Origin: Octopus sinensis | Taxonomy: Eukaryota | Assembly (NCBI RefSeq): GCF_006345805.1 | Contig: NW_021831835.1 | Location: forward strand, 295-64,294 | DNA: 64,000 nt | Direction of reading: 5' to 3' | Shown here: in pieces, positions 12,121 through 26,042 of the stretch | How positions within the stretch are numbered: the first letter of the stretch is position 1 | Layout: every line of letters starts with the position of its first letter | Notes under the pieces: generated by a model | The model's database searches: none | Told to the model about the DNA's origin: nothing | What the model saw: only the letters and a program-made list of their open reading frames with translations | Translations under genes and position numbers: made by a program

Positions 12121-12712
12121 CATATATATTTTTTTTTCAACAACATTGAGGAACGGCCCTTTAATTTCTGAATTACTACTATTTAGTGGTTTGAGTCTTG
12201 GCTGCTCTTTCTAGTGGGTCAAATGGCCTATCGGGGCCGTTCCTCAATGTTGTTGAAATTATATACATAGTCTGTGACTATTTTCTCTTTCTCACTAGAC
12301 CGCTGGTGGCAAAAAATTTCTATTGATTTTTTACTACCCTTATATTGATTAATATATATATATATATATATAAATTTGAGGGAATATTATTCCTAACTTA
12401 TAGAGAAAAATTCAATTTAGAAATATAAATCAAATTTCACAAAATATAATTTGCTGTAAATTAGAAAAAAACCCCACCTCTTATCAATTCAGAATGAAAA
12501 AATTAAATTACACCATCTAGAAAATTACATATAATAGAAATATTAAATATAAGATTAAAATGATATACCGATGATTAAGATTCTGCACATTACTTAATCA
12601 TCGGTATATTATTTTTATCTTATATTTAATATATCTATTATATGTAATTTTCTAGATGGTGTAATTTAATTTTTTCATTTTGAATTTATAAAAGGTGGGG
12701 TTTTTTTTTCTA

Positions 12713-12760
<48 letters not shown>

Positions 12761-13269
12761 TATATATATAATATATATATATATACATATAATTTTGCTT
12801 GAAAAACGTAAGCCAACTGGAAACGATATATCCTGGGGCTAAATAGCAGTAGCACTCGTCCCTTTCTTGGCAATGCCACATTAAGTTGGCAACAAACCAT
12901 CACTTTATGTATATATATATATGCATGCATGCATGCATGTATGTGTCTATGAACGCTTACTCAGAAAGATCGTCCGTCTCTCATCTCCCACACGTGTAGC
13001 AAGACGCATAAAACTGACAAGATCATAGTTTATGTGAAGACTGGGTTGGGCGAGCCAAATGTGCTTGTCTTCGCATGTGTACCCTCCTCCCTCATATCTA
13101 TAGCATATATGCTTATATGCCTACGCCTCTATAAGTTTGTGTGCCTTGTTGACCTTCAATTTCTTGAAGTCTCACATTTCAAAAGATGACATTTTTCATT
13201 AACCCTTTATAATGCTCCTCTATCCTATCAGATCGTTAAAGACGGTGCTTATAACGATTAAAATTGTTA

Positions 13270-13500
<231 letters not shown>

Positions 13501-13709
13501 GAGTGAGAGAGCAGTTCATGCCATCAAAGTGACACTGGGGTAAAATATACGAAGCCCAATATACCCATCATGACTACCCGTCTGATAAAGGTACACCAGG
13601 CACATGCATCACAACCATATGTGCGCGACATGGTGATCTCATATTAAGATAAACAGCACATGACCTTGCAGGTGGGGCCCAGTTAGAATTTTCTTCAGGT
13701 TGAGTAGCC
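13501..13709. mobile_element. Unclassified interspersed repeat family D, partial copy in (ATT)n
   Basis: Near-identical to 14393-14600 and 62428-62635. Confidence 0.8.
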
Positions 13710-13743
<34 letters not shown>

Positions 13744-13769
13744 CATTATTATTATTATTATCATTATTA

Positions 13770-13813
<44 letters not shown>

Positions 13814-13814
13814 T

Positions 13815-14027
13815 AGGCGGTGAGCTGGCGGAATCGTTAGCACGCCGGGCGAAATGCTCAGCGGTATTTCGCCCGCTGCTACGTTCTGTGTTCAAATTCC
13901 ACCGATGTCGACTTTGCCTTTTATCTCTTCGGGGTTGATAAAATAAGAGCCAGTTGAACACTTGGGTTGATGTAATCGATTCATTTCTTGCCCCCAAAAT
14001 TGTGACCCTTGTGGCAAAAATTTGAAA
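13815..14027 (+). mobile_element. tRNA-derived SINE family B
   Basis: GGCGGTGAGCTGGC...GTTCAAATTCC (B-box-like)...GTCGACTTTGCCTT core shared with many copies. Confidence 0.85.
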
Positions 14028-14141
14028 CTATTATTATTATTATTATTATTATTATTAAGGCGGCAAGCTGGCAGAATTGTTAGCACGCCGAGCAAAATGC
14101 TTAGCGGCATTTCGTCCGTCTTTACGTTCTGTGCTCGAACT

Positions 14142-14682
14142 CCTCTCAACACTACTCTCCCACTACTTCTGCTCGTGATCAGAAATGCACATACGGTCAT
14201 ACATCAAAGGACATGCTCAACTGGTTAAGGACACACAACTGACAAGCAATTCTGTGATACTGAGCAGAATATTGGCTGTGACAAAACAATTTACATGATA
14301 ACACTTCCAATCAGTGAAGATGGGTAACCATGAGAGCCACTGCCTGGTACTGCATCAGGACATTTATCATTATTATTATTATTATTATTATTGAGTGAGA
14401 GAGCAGTTCATGCCATCAAAGTGACACTGGGATAAAATATACGAAGCCCAATATACCCATCATGACTACCCGTCTGATAAAGGTACACCAGGCACATGCA
14501 TCACAACCATATGTGCGCGACATGGTGATCTCATATCAAGATAAACAGCACATGACCTTGCAGGTGGGGCCCAGTTAGAATTTTCTTCAGGTTGAGTAGC
14601 CCATCCCGCTCAAACGGTCCCTGAATAAGGGTTGTTTAAGGATGTTGAAAGAAACACCCATGTTTCCAGAGGTGAACTATTC
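14142..14682. mobile_element. Family D, two partial units head-to-tail separated by (ATT)n
   Basis: 14142-14365 matches distal part and 14393-14682 proximal part of copy at 62428-62863. Confidence 0.75.
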
Positions 14683-14724
<42 letters not shown>

Positions 14725-15022
14725 CGTTGTTATCATTATTGCTATTATCGTTATTATTATTGTTACTGTCATTGTCGTTGTTACTATTATTATTATCGTT
14801 ATTATTATTATTATTATTATTATTATCATCATCATCATTATTATTATCATTATTATCATGATTATAATTATTATTATCATGATTATTATTATCATTATTA
14901 TTATGATTATTATTATCGTTATTATTATTATTATCGTTATTATTATTATTATTATCGTTGTTATTATTATTGTTGTTATTATTATCCTTATTATTATTAT
15001 CGTTATTATTGTTATTCTTCTT

Positions 15023-15088
<66 letters not shown>

Positions 15089-15100
15089 GCTATTATCAAT
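14683..15100. repeat. (ATT)n/(ATC)n/(CTT)n compound microsatellite
   Basis: Direct inspection. Confidence 0.95.
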
Positions 15101-15799
15101 CGTCTTTGCCCCTGCGGCTAATAAAAGAAATGGCTGTTATTATTAATACTTGTCTATTAACATTATCACAGAATTTTTCTTATCGTCGTAGATACTTAAG
15201 ACGTTCCATATCTCTTTTCCTTGGTATTTTCTATTATAGCTTCACAGGTTTTAAATATTACTTTCACATTTGCTTAAAACTCTCTTCCAAAACTCACTTA
15301 ACGTAGATAGCCATCACCCCACCCCCGCCCATTCCACCTTCCAGCTTTTCTTCGCTTCACTTCGCCTTTCATTATGACATTTCAATCTAAACTGCAGGTG
15401 TGGCGTGGAGATAGCGGTGCTGGACGGAATGGTTATATTCCACGAAGGAAATTGAGTTGATGGGCGAGAATTGTTGGTTAGGACTGTGTGTCTGGATTTT
15501 TAAGGAGGAATTGGTTATAGTTCTGAGAGGAGAGTAAATAGATTCAAGGGTGGTGGTGCACCCACCTCACCCCCAACGGTTGTGTTGATGATAGAGGGGG
15601 TACTTTGTCGTGCACGTTGTGTTGGCTGTGATGGTCATGGTTGTAGAGGTGGATTTACATGGTGATTGCAGTGTGGAAGGGTTTAATGGGATTGTAGTGT
15701 GAAAGGGCTTGTGATTGTGCTATTAGTAAGACTTTCATGATAATGTGGGTTCACAGTGAATAGGGTAGACGGAAGGGGTGTGGTGGGGTGTGTTACTGG

Positions 15800-16322
15800 T
15801 CGTCGTAGTGGTGATGATGGTGGTGATAGTGGCGGCAGTAGTAGTAGTAGTAGTAGTAGTAGTAGCAGCAGCAGCAGCAGTAGTAGTAGCAGTAGTAGTA
15901 GTGGTGGTGGTGTTGGTGGTGGTGGTAGTAGTAATGCTGATGGTGGTGGTAGTAGTAGCAGTAGTAGTAGTGGTGGTGTTGTGGTAGTGGTAGTAATAAT
16001 AATAGTAGTAGTGGTACTGGTAGTGATAGTGGTGGTGGTGGTGATGGTGGTGGTAGATGTAGGAGTAGTTGTAGTAGTAGTAGTTGTAGTTGTTGTAGTA
16101 GTAGTAGTAAGTAGTAGTAGTAGTAGTTAGTAGAGGTGGTGATGGTGGTTTTGTTGCAATAGTGTGGTGGGAGTAACAGTGACGACGACGATGACGAAGA
16201 AGATGATGGAGATGGTGGTTGTGTTCGCGATGATGATGATGATGTTGATGGTGACGTTTATAATAATGATGATGATAATGATGTAATAGTAGCAGCAGCA
16301 GCAACAGTAGTAGTAGTAGTAC

Positions 16323-16371
<49 letters not shown>

Positions 16372-16536
16372 TACTATTGTTGTTGTTGTGGTGGTGGTGG
16401 TGGCGATGTTAATAATGACAGTAATGATGCTGCTGCTGATGGTGATGATGATATAATAGTGAAAGCATCGTGGAAGTTTTATGTTTGGTGATGAAATTTT
16501 ATTAATAGGGAAAGATTAGCAGCAGCAGCAGCAGCT

Positions 16537-16587
<51 letters not shown>

Positions 16588-16600
16588 CCACCACCACCAT
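15800..16600. repeat. (GTA)/(GGT)/(GAT)/(GCA) triplet low-complexity block
   Basis: Direct inspection. Confidence 0.9.
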
Positions 16601-17004
16601 CACAAGCAAATGCAACTACAACGGCAACAACGGTAGGTTTAGCAAGGACTGTCATTCTTGAAGCTTTGGTATCCCACGGTCAAGGATTTTCTACAGGTAA
16701 CCACCACGTCTTAATCATGTGCCAGGAACAAAAAAAGAAAAGACAAATACCTTCATCGTTATCCCCCTTGATCCTCCACTCCACCCCTGACACGCTTGAG
16801 TGATCTCGTAAGTTAGCATGTTGTGTTCGTGATGACAAGGTGGTGTGCTCGTGTCTTAGAACGGCTGGCTTGTGTCCTTCAGAACACTTTCGACTCAACG
16901 AAAATTGCATTCTGTCATTTCTTGCAGTCATTACAAAAGGATATAAAATGAATAATTACAGCATTCTTAATTAAAAACCTTATCTCTATCGATAATAGAC
17001 CATA

Positions 17005-17077
<73 letters not shown>

Positions 17078-17312
17078 TGTGTGTGTGTGTGGTGTATGTG
17101 TGTGTAAATATACATATGTATATAAATAAGTATAAGATCGTATTTAAATATCGAACTTATCAGGTGGCCAGCATGAAAATAAAAACCTTCAAAGGTAACA
17201 ATTATTATTAAAAATTATAATTTAGAGTATGTCGAGCGCATACGTGAAATATATGTATGTATGCATTCGTATATGTGAGTATACGTGTGTTGTTATATAT
17301 ATATATATTATA

Positions 17313-17359
<47 letters not shown>

Positions 17360-17376
17360 GTATTTATGTACTGCGT

Positions 17377-17437
17377 ATATTCCACTGATGAGGCAAGGCA
17401 TTTCTATGCAGAATCAGAAATCCGGGATCTGGAATAT
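17377..17437 (+). ncRNA. Hammerhead-like motif (AUC triplet), stem II degenerate
   Basis: ATATTCCA-CTGATGA...GAAATC-CGG-GATC-TGGAATAT; 8-bp stem I, 3-bp stem III. Confidence 0.5.
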
Positions 17438-17604
17438 CCAGTAATCTTTTACTAGTTTATTTTGTCTTTTTTCTTCTCTCCCGGTGCTGTATGAACATTT
17501 AAGGTGGTTTTAGAATCATGTTTTGGCTGTTATTTCAAGTCGTGGTATATCTCCAAGATACCCTAAATTATAATTACAAACACACACACACACACACACA
17601 CACC

Positions 17605-17663
<59 letters not shown>

Positions 17664-18087
17664 ATATATATATACATATATAGCATATACATGAGTGTGT
17701 GTATATATGTATACATGTATATATGTACTATGCGTGTGTATGTATTTCCAAACAATATTCAATAATCAATATTCCAATCAATATATCTAAATAGTTATGA
17801 ATTTCTATTAATCATTCTCTCAGCTGATAGAATCTATAATGCGAGTTTTGCTTATATAATTTTCTCCTTATGATCTTCACATACATACATACATACATAC
17901 ATACATACATACATACATACATACATACATACACACACATACATACGTACATAAACACACAAATATATCTGTATGCATATATATATATATATATATAAAT
18001 TAATATATTATATACAGAGAAAGACAGAGAGAGACAGAGACATATACTTAATATAAATGTGTGTGTTTATGCATGTATATATATATC

Positions 18088-18119
<32 letters not shown>

Positions 18120-18129
18120 ATTATATATA

Positions 18130-18811
18130 TTATATATAGTGGAAAAACGCTAGAGATAGAAGCAAATCAATTTTGATATATAAATATGGACGTGGAAATA
18201 GCACAGAAGTAAATCTAAGACAGTTCAGTTTAGAGAGAATTTAATAAACTGATTTTTTAAAATTATATAAAGATAATATGGAATATTACTGGTTTCCATG
18301 ATGAATCTCCTCTTATCAAATATTAGTAAACATTTATAAAAGTTTGAAGTAACAATAGTTTATCTTCTGTTTGGTGGGGGAGAATCAAAAATATGTCTGG
18401 ATTTTTTTCGTTGCAGTCTTCTTCAAATATAGCTTGACATAGAGTCCAAGATGTTAGAGGGGGTGTAGTTGTCTATTGTCTAAAAGGTACTTCTGTGGTT
18501 TCCTGCCAAGGGAGTCAGTTAAACGCATTTATTGAACGGGTTTTATGTTCACCTGTGTGCGTGTCAGTGTTTGTGTGTGTGTATGGTGTGTGTGTGTGTG
18601 TGTGTGTCTATATCTATAGAATGCTCGAAATAAGGAATAGATAGACAACCGACAACTGATGAAGGGCCCTTTTTCTGTGTTAACTAGTCCATTTTTTCTT
18701 GTTATTTACGTATTTCATTCGTTTTATTCCCATAATCACTGTCCACGTCTTGTATCTATCTCTCGTGTATTTTTTTTTGCACCGTTGGTGACGTCCTGTA
18801 CCCATACATGC

Positions 18812-18857
<46 letters not shown>

Positions 18858-19140
18858 TATATATAATTTTTAATCCAACGGGAAAAACAGAAAAAACAAC
18901 AACACGTGAACAATTACAGTATTATTATTATAATAGGCGCTCAGGAAAGATGGAAGCAGGAAGGTATGACGTTTCGAGCGGAGCTCTTCGTCGGAAACAT
19001 AAAGATGGAAGAGAGAGGAAAGAAATTCCCGAGGTGGGCAAACAGAGGGAGAAAAAAAAAAGCGACTGGTGTTTACGAAGTACACATGGTGAAAGGCGGA
19101 AGTTTACGATAACAAGAGCAAAGTAGGTTTTTAAAGCCAA
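18130..19140. mobile_element. Degenerate PLE-derived fragments in (TA)n
   Basis: Weak endonuclease-like peptide (EDCNEKNPDIFLILP, minus ~18390-18440), CTGATGA at ~18655, minimal hammerhead-like motif 18965-18998. Confidence 0.35.
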
Positions 19141-19149
19141 AAGAGTGAA

Positions 19150-21320
19150 GACAGGGTTGGTAACGCAACAGATGTGTGTGTATGTGTGAGTGTGTGCGTG
19201 TGCGTGTGTGTATGTGTGTGTGAGGCGAGATAAAAAAACAAAAAATATATATATATGTTAGTGTGTGCGTCTGTGTGTAGGCGTGTGAGGTAGGGCGAAA
19301 CAGTAGTAGGCATAGCAGACAGTGGTCAGTAGTAAAAAAATGAAGGAAGGAGGAAGGGAGGGAGGGGAAGGGATGGGGGCGTATGTAACGTGCCAGTGTG
19401 TGTGTTGAGTGGTAGTGTGTGTGTGTCCAGTGTCGTAGTTGTATGTATGGCGAGTAGATTTGAAGTGTGTGTAAGAGTAATGTATATATTTAAGCAAATG
19501 TGTGTGTGTGTGAGTGGGTGTATGTATGTGTGCGCGTGTGTGTACAAAAAGGGGGGGAGTTATAAGGAAAAAAGACTCCAGCTGAGGGGAAGATGGAAGA
19601 GTGGTCCCGCGGAGACGGGCGTGGGAGAACCCAACGACAGGCGACGGCCCCAGAAACGAGCCGGAGATCTCGTCGGGTCCAAGAGCGAGGTGCATGCATG
19701 CGCGTATGCGTGCGCGAGCCGGCGCAAGCGCGCGTCTGCGCGCGCCTGCGAGTGTGTGTGTAAGTATGTGTGTGTGTGGATGTGTGAGTGTGTCTGTGTG
19801 TATGTCTGGGTGTCAGTGTGTCCGATGAATGTATGTAAGTATGTGTGTATATATGTGTGGCATAGATGTATGTCCGTTGTGTGTGTGTGTGTGTATGTGT
19901 ATGAGTGTATGTATGTACGTGTGTGTGTGTGGAAGTGTGTGTATGTGCATGTGTGTGCGCGTACATGCAGGTGTGTGAGTGAGTGTGTTGTGTGTGTGTA
20001 TGTATGTGTGAGTGTGTATGTATGTGTGTGTAGGATGCATGTATGTGTATGGGTGTATGTATGTGTGTGTGTATGTATGTATGTGTACGTGCGTGTGTGT
20101 GTGTATGCATGCATGCATGTATGCGTGTAGGTGTGCGCGTGTGCATGCATGCATGCATGTGCGTATGTGTGTGTGTGCATGTGTGTGGGTATATATGTAT
20201 GTGTGTACATGTGTGTGTGTATGCATGTGTGTGTATGTAGGTGTGTAGGCGTGTGTGTATAGGTGTATGTATGTAAGTATGTATGGGTGTGTCCGTGTAT
20301 GTGTGTGTATGTATGTGTGTGTATGTAGGTGTGTGGGCGTGTGTGTATAGGTGTATGTATGTATGTATGTCTGGGTGTGCCCGTGCATGTTTGTGTGTGT
20401 GTGTGTATGCATGTGTATGTAGGTGTGTGTGTACGTGTGTAATGTATGTGTGTATGCGTGTGTGTGCGTGTGTATGCGTGCGTGTGTGTATGTAGGTGCG
20501 TATGTATGTGTGTGGGAGTGTAGGTGTGTGTGTGCGTGTGCGTGTTTATGTTGGTGTGTGCGTATGTGAGTGTGAATGTATGGGTGTTTGTCATGCATGT
20601 GTATGCGCGTGCAGGCGAGTGTGTGTGTAAGTATGTGTGTGTGTATGTTTGTGTGAGTATGTATGTGTGTATGTCTGTGTGTATGTATGTGCGTATAGGA
20701 GTATGTAGGTATGTGTGTGTGTATGTGTATGGGTGTATGTATGTATGTATGTATGTATGTGTGTGTGTGTGCATGTGTATAAGTATATGTGTGTGTGCGT
20801 ATGTGTGTGTATGTGTATGTGTGTGTGTTTATGTATGTGTGTATGTATGTGTGTAGGCGTGTGTGTGTAGATGTATGTATGTATGGGTGTGTGTCTGTGT
20901 GTGTTTGTGTGTGTGTGTAGGTAGGTGTGTGTGTCTGAGTGAGGGTATGGCTGTGTAGGTGTGTGTGTGTATGAATGTAAGTGTGTGTGTGTACAAGTGT
21001 AATGTATGTATGTAGGTGTGTGTGTGTATGTGTACGTGTGCGTGTGTATGTGTGTGTGTATGCGTGTGAGTGTGAGTGTATGGGTGTATGTCTTTGTGTG
21101 TTGTATGTCTGAAGTAGGTATGTGTGTATGTATGTATGTGTGTGTGTGTGTGCGCGGGTATGTGTGTGTGTGTGTATATGTGTGTTTTGAGTAGTTGTGC
21201 GATATATATATATATATAATATATATATACATACATACATACATACATACATACATACATACATACATACATACATACATACACACATACATACATACAT
21301 ACATACATACATACATACAT
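19150..21320. repeat. ~2.1 kb cryptic (TG)/(TATG)/(TGCG) alternating purine-pyrimidine satellite
   Basis: Direct inspection; source of the long His/Thr and Val/Cys pseudo-ORFs. Confidence 0.9.
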
Positions 21321-21853
21321 GCATATATAAAGCTGGATAAACTGGGATTTTCAGAAAGAGAAATCGACCGACTAATTTGTACATTATAAGTGCAATCTGT
21401 GAGTGGAACAGTAAAAATATGCTTTTCTCAAGTTCCAAATGTGAATTTGTCTGTGCTTACGAGATTCCAAAGATGAAGCCTTGTATCCTTCTTGGAAACC
21501 GGCTCCCTCCTCAGGGGAAGATTTATAATAGTTAAAAAATAGAAGAAACATACATATATGCATGCATAAAATATCGTTCCCTCCTAAGTGTCATACTGTC
21601 AAAACCCCCCTAATTCAGTTCGCTTTGAACTATAATTATAGAAATAACTTGAATAAAGCTGCATAGACTCTGAACTGGATGAACCAGCTGGATGCAAACG
21701 TAAACCACATTTCGGTATATCTATGCAGCAGAAACATATGTCGGACAGATTTAAATTAAATGTACTGTATAATTGACCGTAATACATGTATGTATGTATG
21801 TATGTATGTATGTATGTATGTATGTATGTATGTATGTATATATGTATTATGTG

Positions 21854-22232
21854 TGGAGGCGCAATGGCCCAGTGGTTAAGGCAGTGGACTCGTGGTCGTA
21901 GGTTCGCAGCTTCGATTCCCAGAGTGTTTATTCAGCGAAAACACCTAAAGCTCCGCGACCCTCCGGCAGGGGGGGGGGGCAACCCTGCTGTACACTTTCG
22001 CCACAACTTTCTCTCACTCCTTCTTCCTGTTTCTGTTGTACCTGTATTTCAAAGAGCCAGCCTTGTCACACTCTTTGTCACGCTGAATCTCCCCGAGAAC
22101 TACGTGAAGAGTACAAGTATATGTGTATAAGAGTACAGCCACTTTCACGTTAATTTCACGAGCAGGCTCTTCCGTTGATCGGATTAACTGAAAATCTCGT
22201 CGTCGTAACCGACGGAGGGCCAGAAGGAAATG
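21854..22232 (+). mobile_element. tRNA-derived SINE family C
   Basis: GGAGGCGCAATGGCCCAGTGGTTAAGG A-box-like head, TTCGATTCC B-box-like; shares GAGCGAAAACACCTAAAGCTCC...CTTTCGCCACAACTTTCT with copies at 28285 and 39535. Confidence 0.8.
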
Positions 22233-23359
22233 TATGTATGTATGTATGTATGTATGTATGTATGTATGTATGTATGTATGTATGTATGTATAAGAGATTG
22301 CATTTGCAGACCTTCAAAGGCGTGTTAACTTGCTATGTATATTCCGACGTTTGTCATCCTGAGTTCAATCCCAACCATGGATTACCTATATGTTAGACTT
22401 AAACCATCACTTGATTTAATCCCTTCTACTTGGCGCCCGGGTGCTTCTAGTGGAGACCACTCTAAGTGCCGCTAGCGTAGACCAGCCTGTTGTAAGTATT
22501 CGTACCATGCTCCTTATCTCTGTATCACACAATTCTTGGAGGCCCTCTAACGGATCACAAGGCGCTATCATTCCGCATAACAAAATTAAGAGAAACGAAA
22601 AAAAAAAACAAAAAAAAAAACAAACCACGCAGACAAACAGAGAAATGTCTGAATTATTCAAGAAGATATTCTTTCTAAAATCCTTTCGATTATTTCGGAA
22701 ATACAATTCGAAATTTAACTATTTATAGATATTTTTATGTTTTCCCAAAAGTCTGTAAATTGTGTGTATATTATGTATGCATTCGCTCATGGATATATAA
22801 GTTGGCAGGTTTATTACTTAACACAATAGGCTGTAGTCCTTGATCGTTTCTCGGGGCAGATTACGTGAGAGAAAATAGTAAGAAAAGACGCGTTCAACTG
22901 GTGTGCTAAATGTTTTTATCTGCTCAATATTTCCTAAACAAAAGGCCTGCTATATAATTATTTCTAAACATAATTTACAGTTGACTTAATATCAACAAGA
23001 ATGGATTTACAAATTGCTGTTGGCGTTATTGTTATTTCTTTTGAAATTGTTTGCTCATCTCTATTAAAATTTAATTCAATCTTAAAACTTTATCTTTAAA
23101 CTAAACACTTTGCTAAATATCTGATCGGTATGTATTTTTTTTTTATTGTTATTAACTGTAGGTATGTGTGCACGCATAAATACTCATGCATTTGTATACA
23201 AACAGATACATGTATACATACATGTATACATACATGTATACACAGATACTTGTATACATACATGCACACACAGACACAAACATACACACAGACACATATT
23301 TACATACAGCATATTTAATGGACATAGCTGTGATTGTGTGCATGCGTAGCACGTAGATA

Positions 23360-23382
23360 CTTGCATACACGAGTATAGATAC

Positions 23383-23432
<50 letters not shown>

Positions 23433-23434
23433 AT

Positions 23435-23477
<43 letters not shown>

Positions 23478-23642
23478 GAACATCATATATATATATATAT
23501 ACACACTCATATATATATATATATACACTATACAATACACATATATATATATGTATACATACACTTATACATATACATGTATACATACATATATACGTAT
23601 ATATATGTTTGTGTGTATGCATATACATTCATATATAGCTGC

Positions 23643-23679
<37 letters not shown>

Positions 23680-24048
23680 TTATACATTATATATATATAT
23701 ACACACATATATATATAATATACAATATAATATATGTATGTATATACACACACACATATATATGTATACATATACATATACATATACATAATATACATAC
23801 ATATATACGTATATATATGTGTGTTTGTATCATATACATTCATATATATATGCATATATATATACACATAATACACATATACATATATAATGTGTGTACG
23901 TATATAAATATATATACGCGTATATATATATATATATATACTATATATGTATATATAAATATTATATATATATAATATATATATATATATATAATATATA
24001 TATACACACACATGCACATACTATATACACATATGTATTTCTGTATAC

Positions 24049-24117
<69 letters not shown>

Positions 24118-24221
24118 GTATGCATGCACACACTTACACACGCAGATACACACAAAGAAACAATTTTCGCTTCATTTGTTATTTTCTTCGTAATTGTTTT
24201 TGATGTTGCTGCTGCTGCTGC

Positions 24222-24267
<46 letters not shown>

Positions 24268-24490
24268 GGCGCTGTTAGCAGTAATGGTAGTGGTGGTATT
24301 TTACAGTGGTGCTGGCAGTGATGCTGGTGATAGTGATGGTGATGATGATGGTGGTAGAGGTGGTGGTGGCGGTGGTGGTGGCGGTGGTGGTGGTGGTGAT
24401 GGTGATGATGGCGGTGGTGGTAGAGGTGGTGGTGGTGGTGGTGGTGTTGGTGGTGATGGTGATGGTGATGGTGATGGTGATGGTGATGGT
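23360..24490. repeat. (TA)n/(CA)n then (GTT)n/(GGT)n/(GAT)n microsatellites
   Basis: Direct inspection. Confidence 0.95.
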
Positions 24491-24499
24491 GAAGGTAGT

Positions 24500-24720
24500 A
24501 GAAACGTTAGCACGTCGGGCGAAATGCTTAGCCGTATTTTGTCTGCCGTTACGTTCTGAGTTCAAATTCCGCCGAGGTCGACTTTGCCTTTCAACCTTTC
24601 GGGGGTCGATAAATTAGTACCAGTTACGCACTGGGGTCGATGTAATCGACTTAATCACTTTGTCTGTCCGTGTTTGTCCTCTCCCTGTTTAGCCCCTTAT
24701 GGGTAGTAAAGAAATAGGTG
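24500..24720 (+). mobile_element. SINE family B
   Basis: AGAAACGTTAGCACG...GTTCAAATTCCGCCGAGGTCGACTTTGCC...GTAGTAAAGAAATAG. Confidence 0.85.
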
Positions 24721-24919
24721 GTGATGTGATGATGATGATGATGATGGTGGCGGTGGTGGTGGTAGTCGTGATGGTGATGGTGGCAGTTGTGATGGTAGGG
24801 GTGTTGGCGGTGGTAGTGATGACGGTGTTGGTGGTGGTGGTGGTGGTTTTGATGACGTCGGTGTTGCTTGTATTTAATGTCTAATTATTTTACCTGTTCG
24901 TTTTCTCTTTTCACTTCAC

Positions 24920-25357
24920 AAATATTCTCTATGTCTCTGTTTCTCTCTCTCTCTCTTCCACTCTTATTCTCTCTCTGTCTCCCTCTCTTTCATTTATTCT
25001 CTCTCTCTCTCTCTCTGTCCCTTACTGTCTACCTGTGTGTTTGTCTCTTCCTCTTTTTCTCTCTCTCCTATCACCTGATTCACACATGCACGCATACACA
25101 CATACATTCTCTCTATCTATCTCTCATTCTCTCTCTCACTCTCTCTCTCTATCTACCTATCTCTCATTATCTAACTGTCTCTCTCTCTATGTGTTTCTTA
25201 TATATTCTCTCTCTCCCTCCCTCTCACTCTCTTATTCTCTGTCTCTCTCGCTCACTGTCTGTTTCTCTATTTGTTGCTGTCTCTCTTTTCCTCTCTCTCT
25301 CTCTCTCTCTCACATGCACACATACACACATACATTTTCTCTATCTCCCATTATTTC

Positions 25358-25416
<59 letters not shown>

Positions 25417-26009
25417 CTCATTCTCTATCTGTCTCTCTCTCACTGCTTCTCTTATTTTCTCTCTCTCTCTTTCTTTCTGTCTCTCTCTCTCCCTCTTTCT
25501 CTCCCTCTTTCTCTCCCTCTTTCTCTCCCTCTCTCTCTCTTTCTCCTCATCTCTTATTCACACACGCTCTTTCTCTCCCTTATTCACACTCTTTCCATCA
25601 TTCTCTCTCTCACAATGACAATCATCTCGCAGAATTGTTATAATCGGAAATAATTATCCGCAGTATTTGTTCCGAATCTTTTACGTTCTGAGTTCAAATC
25701 ACTCCAAGGTCAACTTTGCCTTTCATCCTTTCGGTGTCGTTAAAATAAAATAGCAAATATTGGAGGTCATTGGTGACAACTACACCTTTCACTCAAAAAG
25801 ATTCCTGACCCTTCTACCTGAATCGCAAGCCATTAGAAAACATTATCCATGCTCTTAATCATTCGCGAGCATTTTCTCTCTCTTATTCACACACACACAT
25901 TATCTAACTGTCTCTCTCTCTATGTGTTTCTCATATATTCTCTCTCTCCCTCCCTCTCACTCTCTTATTCTCTGTCTCTCTCGCTCACTGTCTGTTTCTC
26001 TATTTGTTG

Positions 26010-26042
<33 letters not shown>

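Noticed and set aside
12565-12610. CCGATGA at the palindrome centre as a hammerhead core
   Set aside because: No GAAA half or stem III
15380-15760. GC-richer Ser/Thr/Pro-like segment as an exon
   Set aside because: Stops in all minus frames within short distances; no recognisable homology
19560-21438. Long ORFs (404 and 541 aa, His/Thr/Tyr-rich)
   Set aside because: Translations of (CA)/(TACA) satellite, open in several frames on both strands
22430-22440. TGGCGCCCG resembling a tRNA-Lys primer-binding site
   Set aside because: Only 9 nt; no LTR or gag/pol nearby
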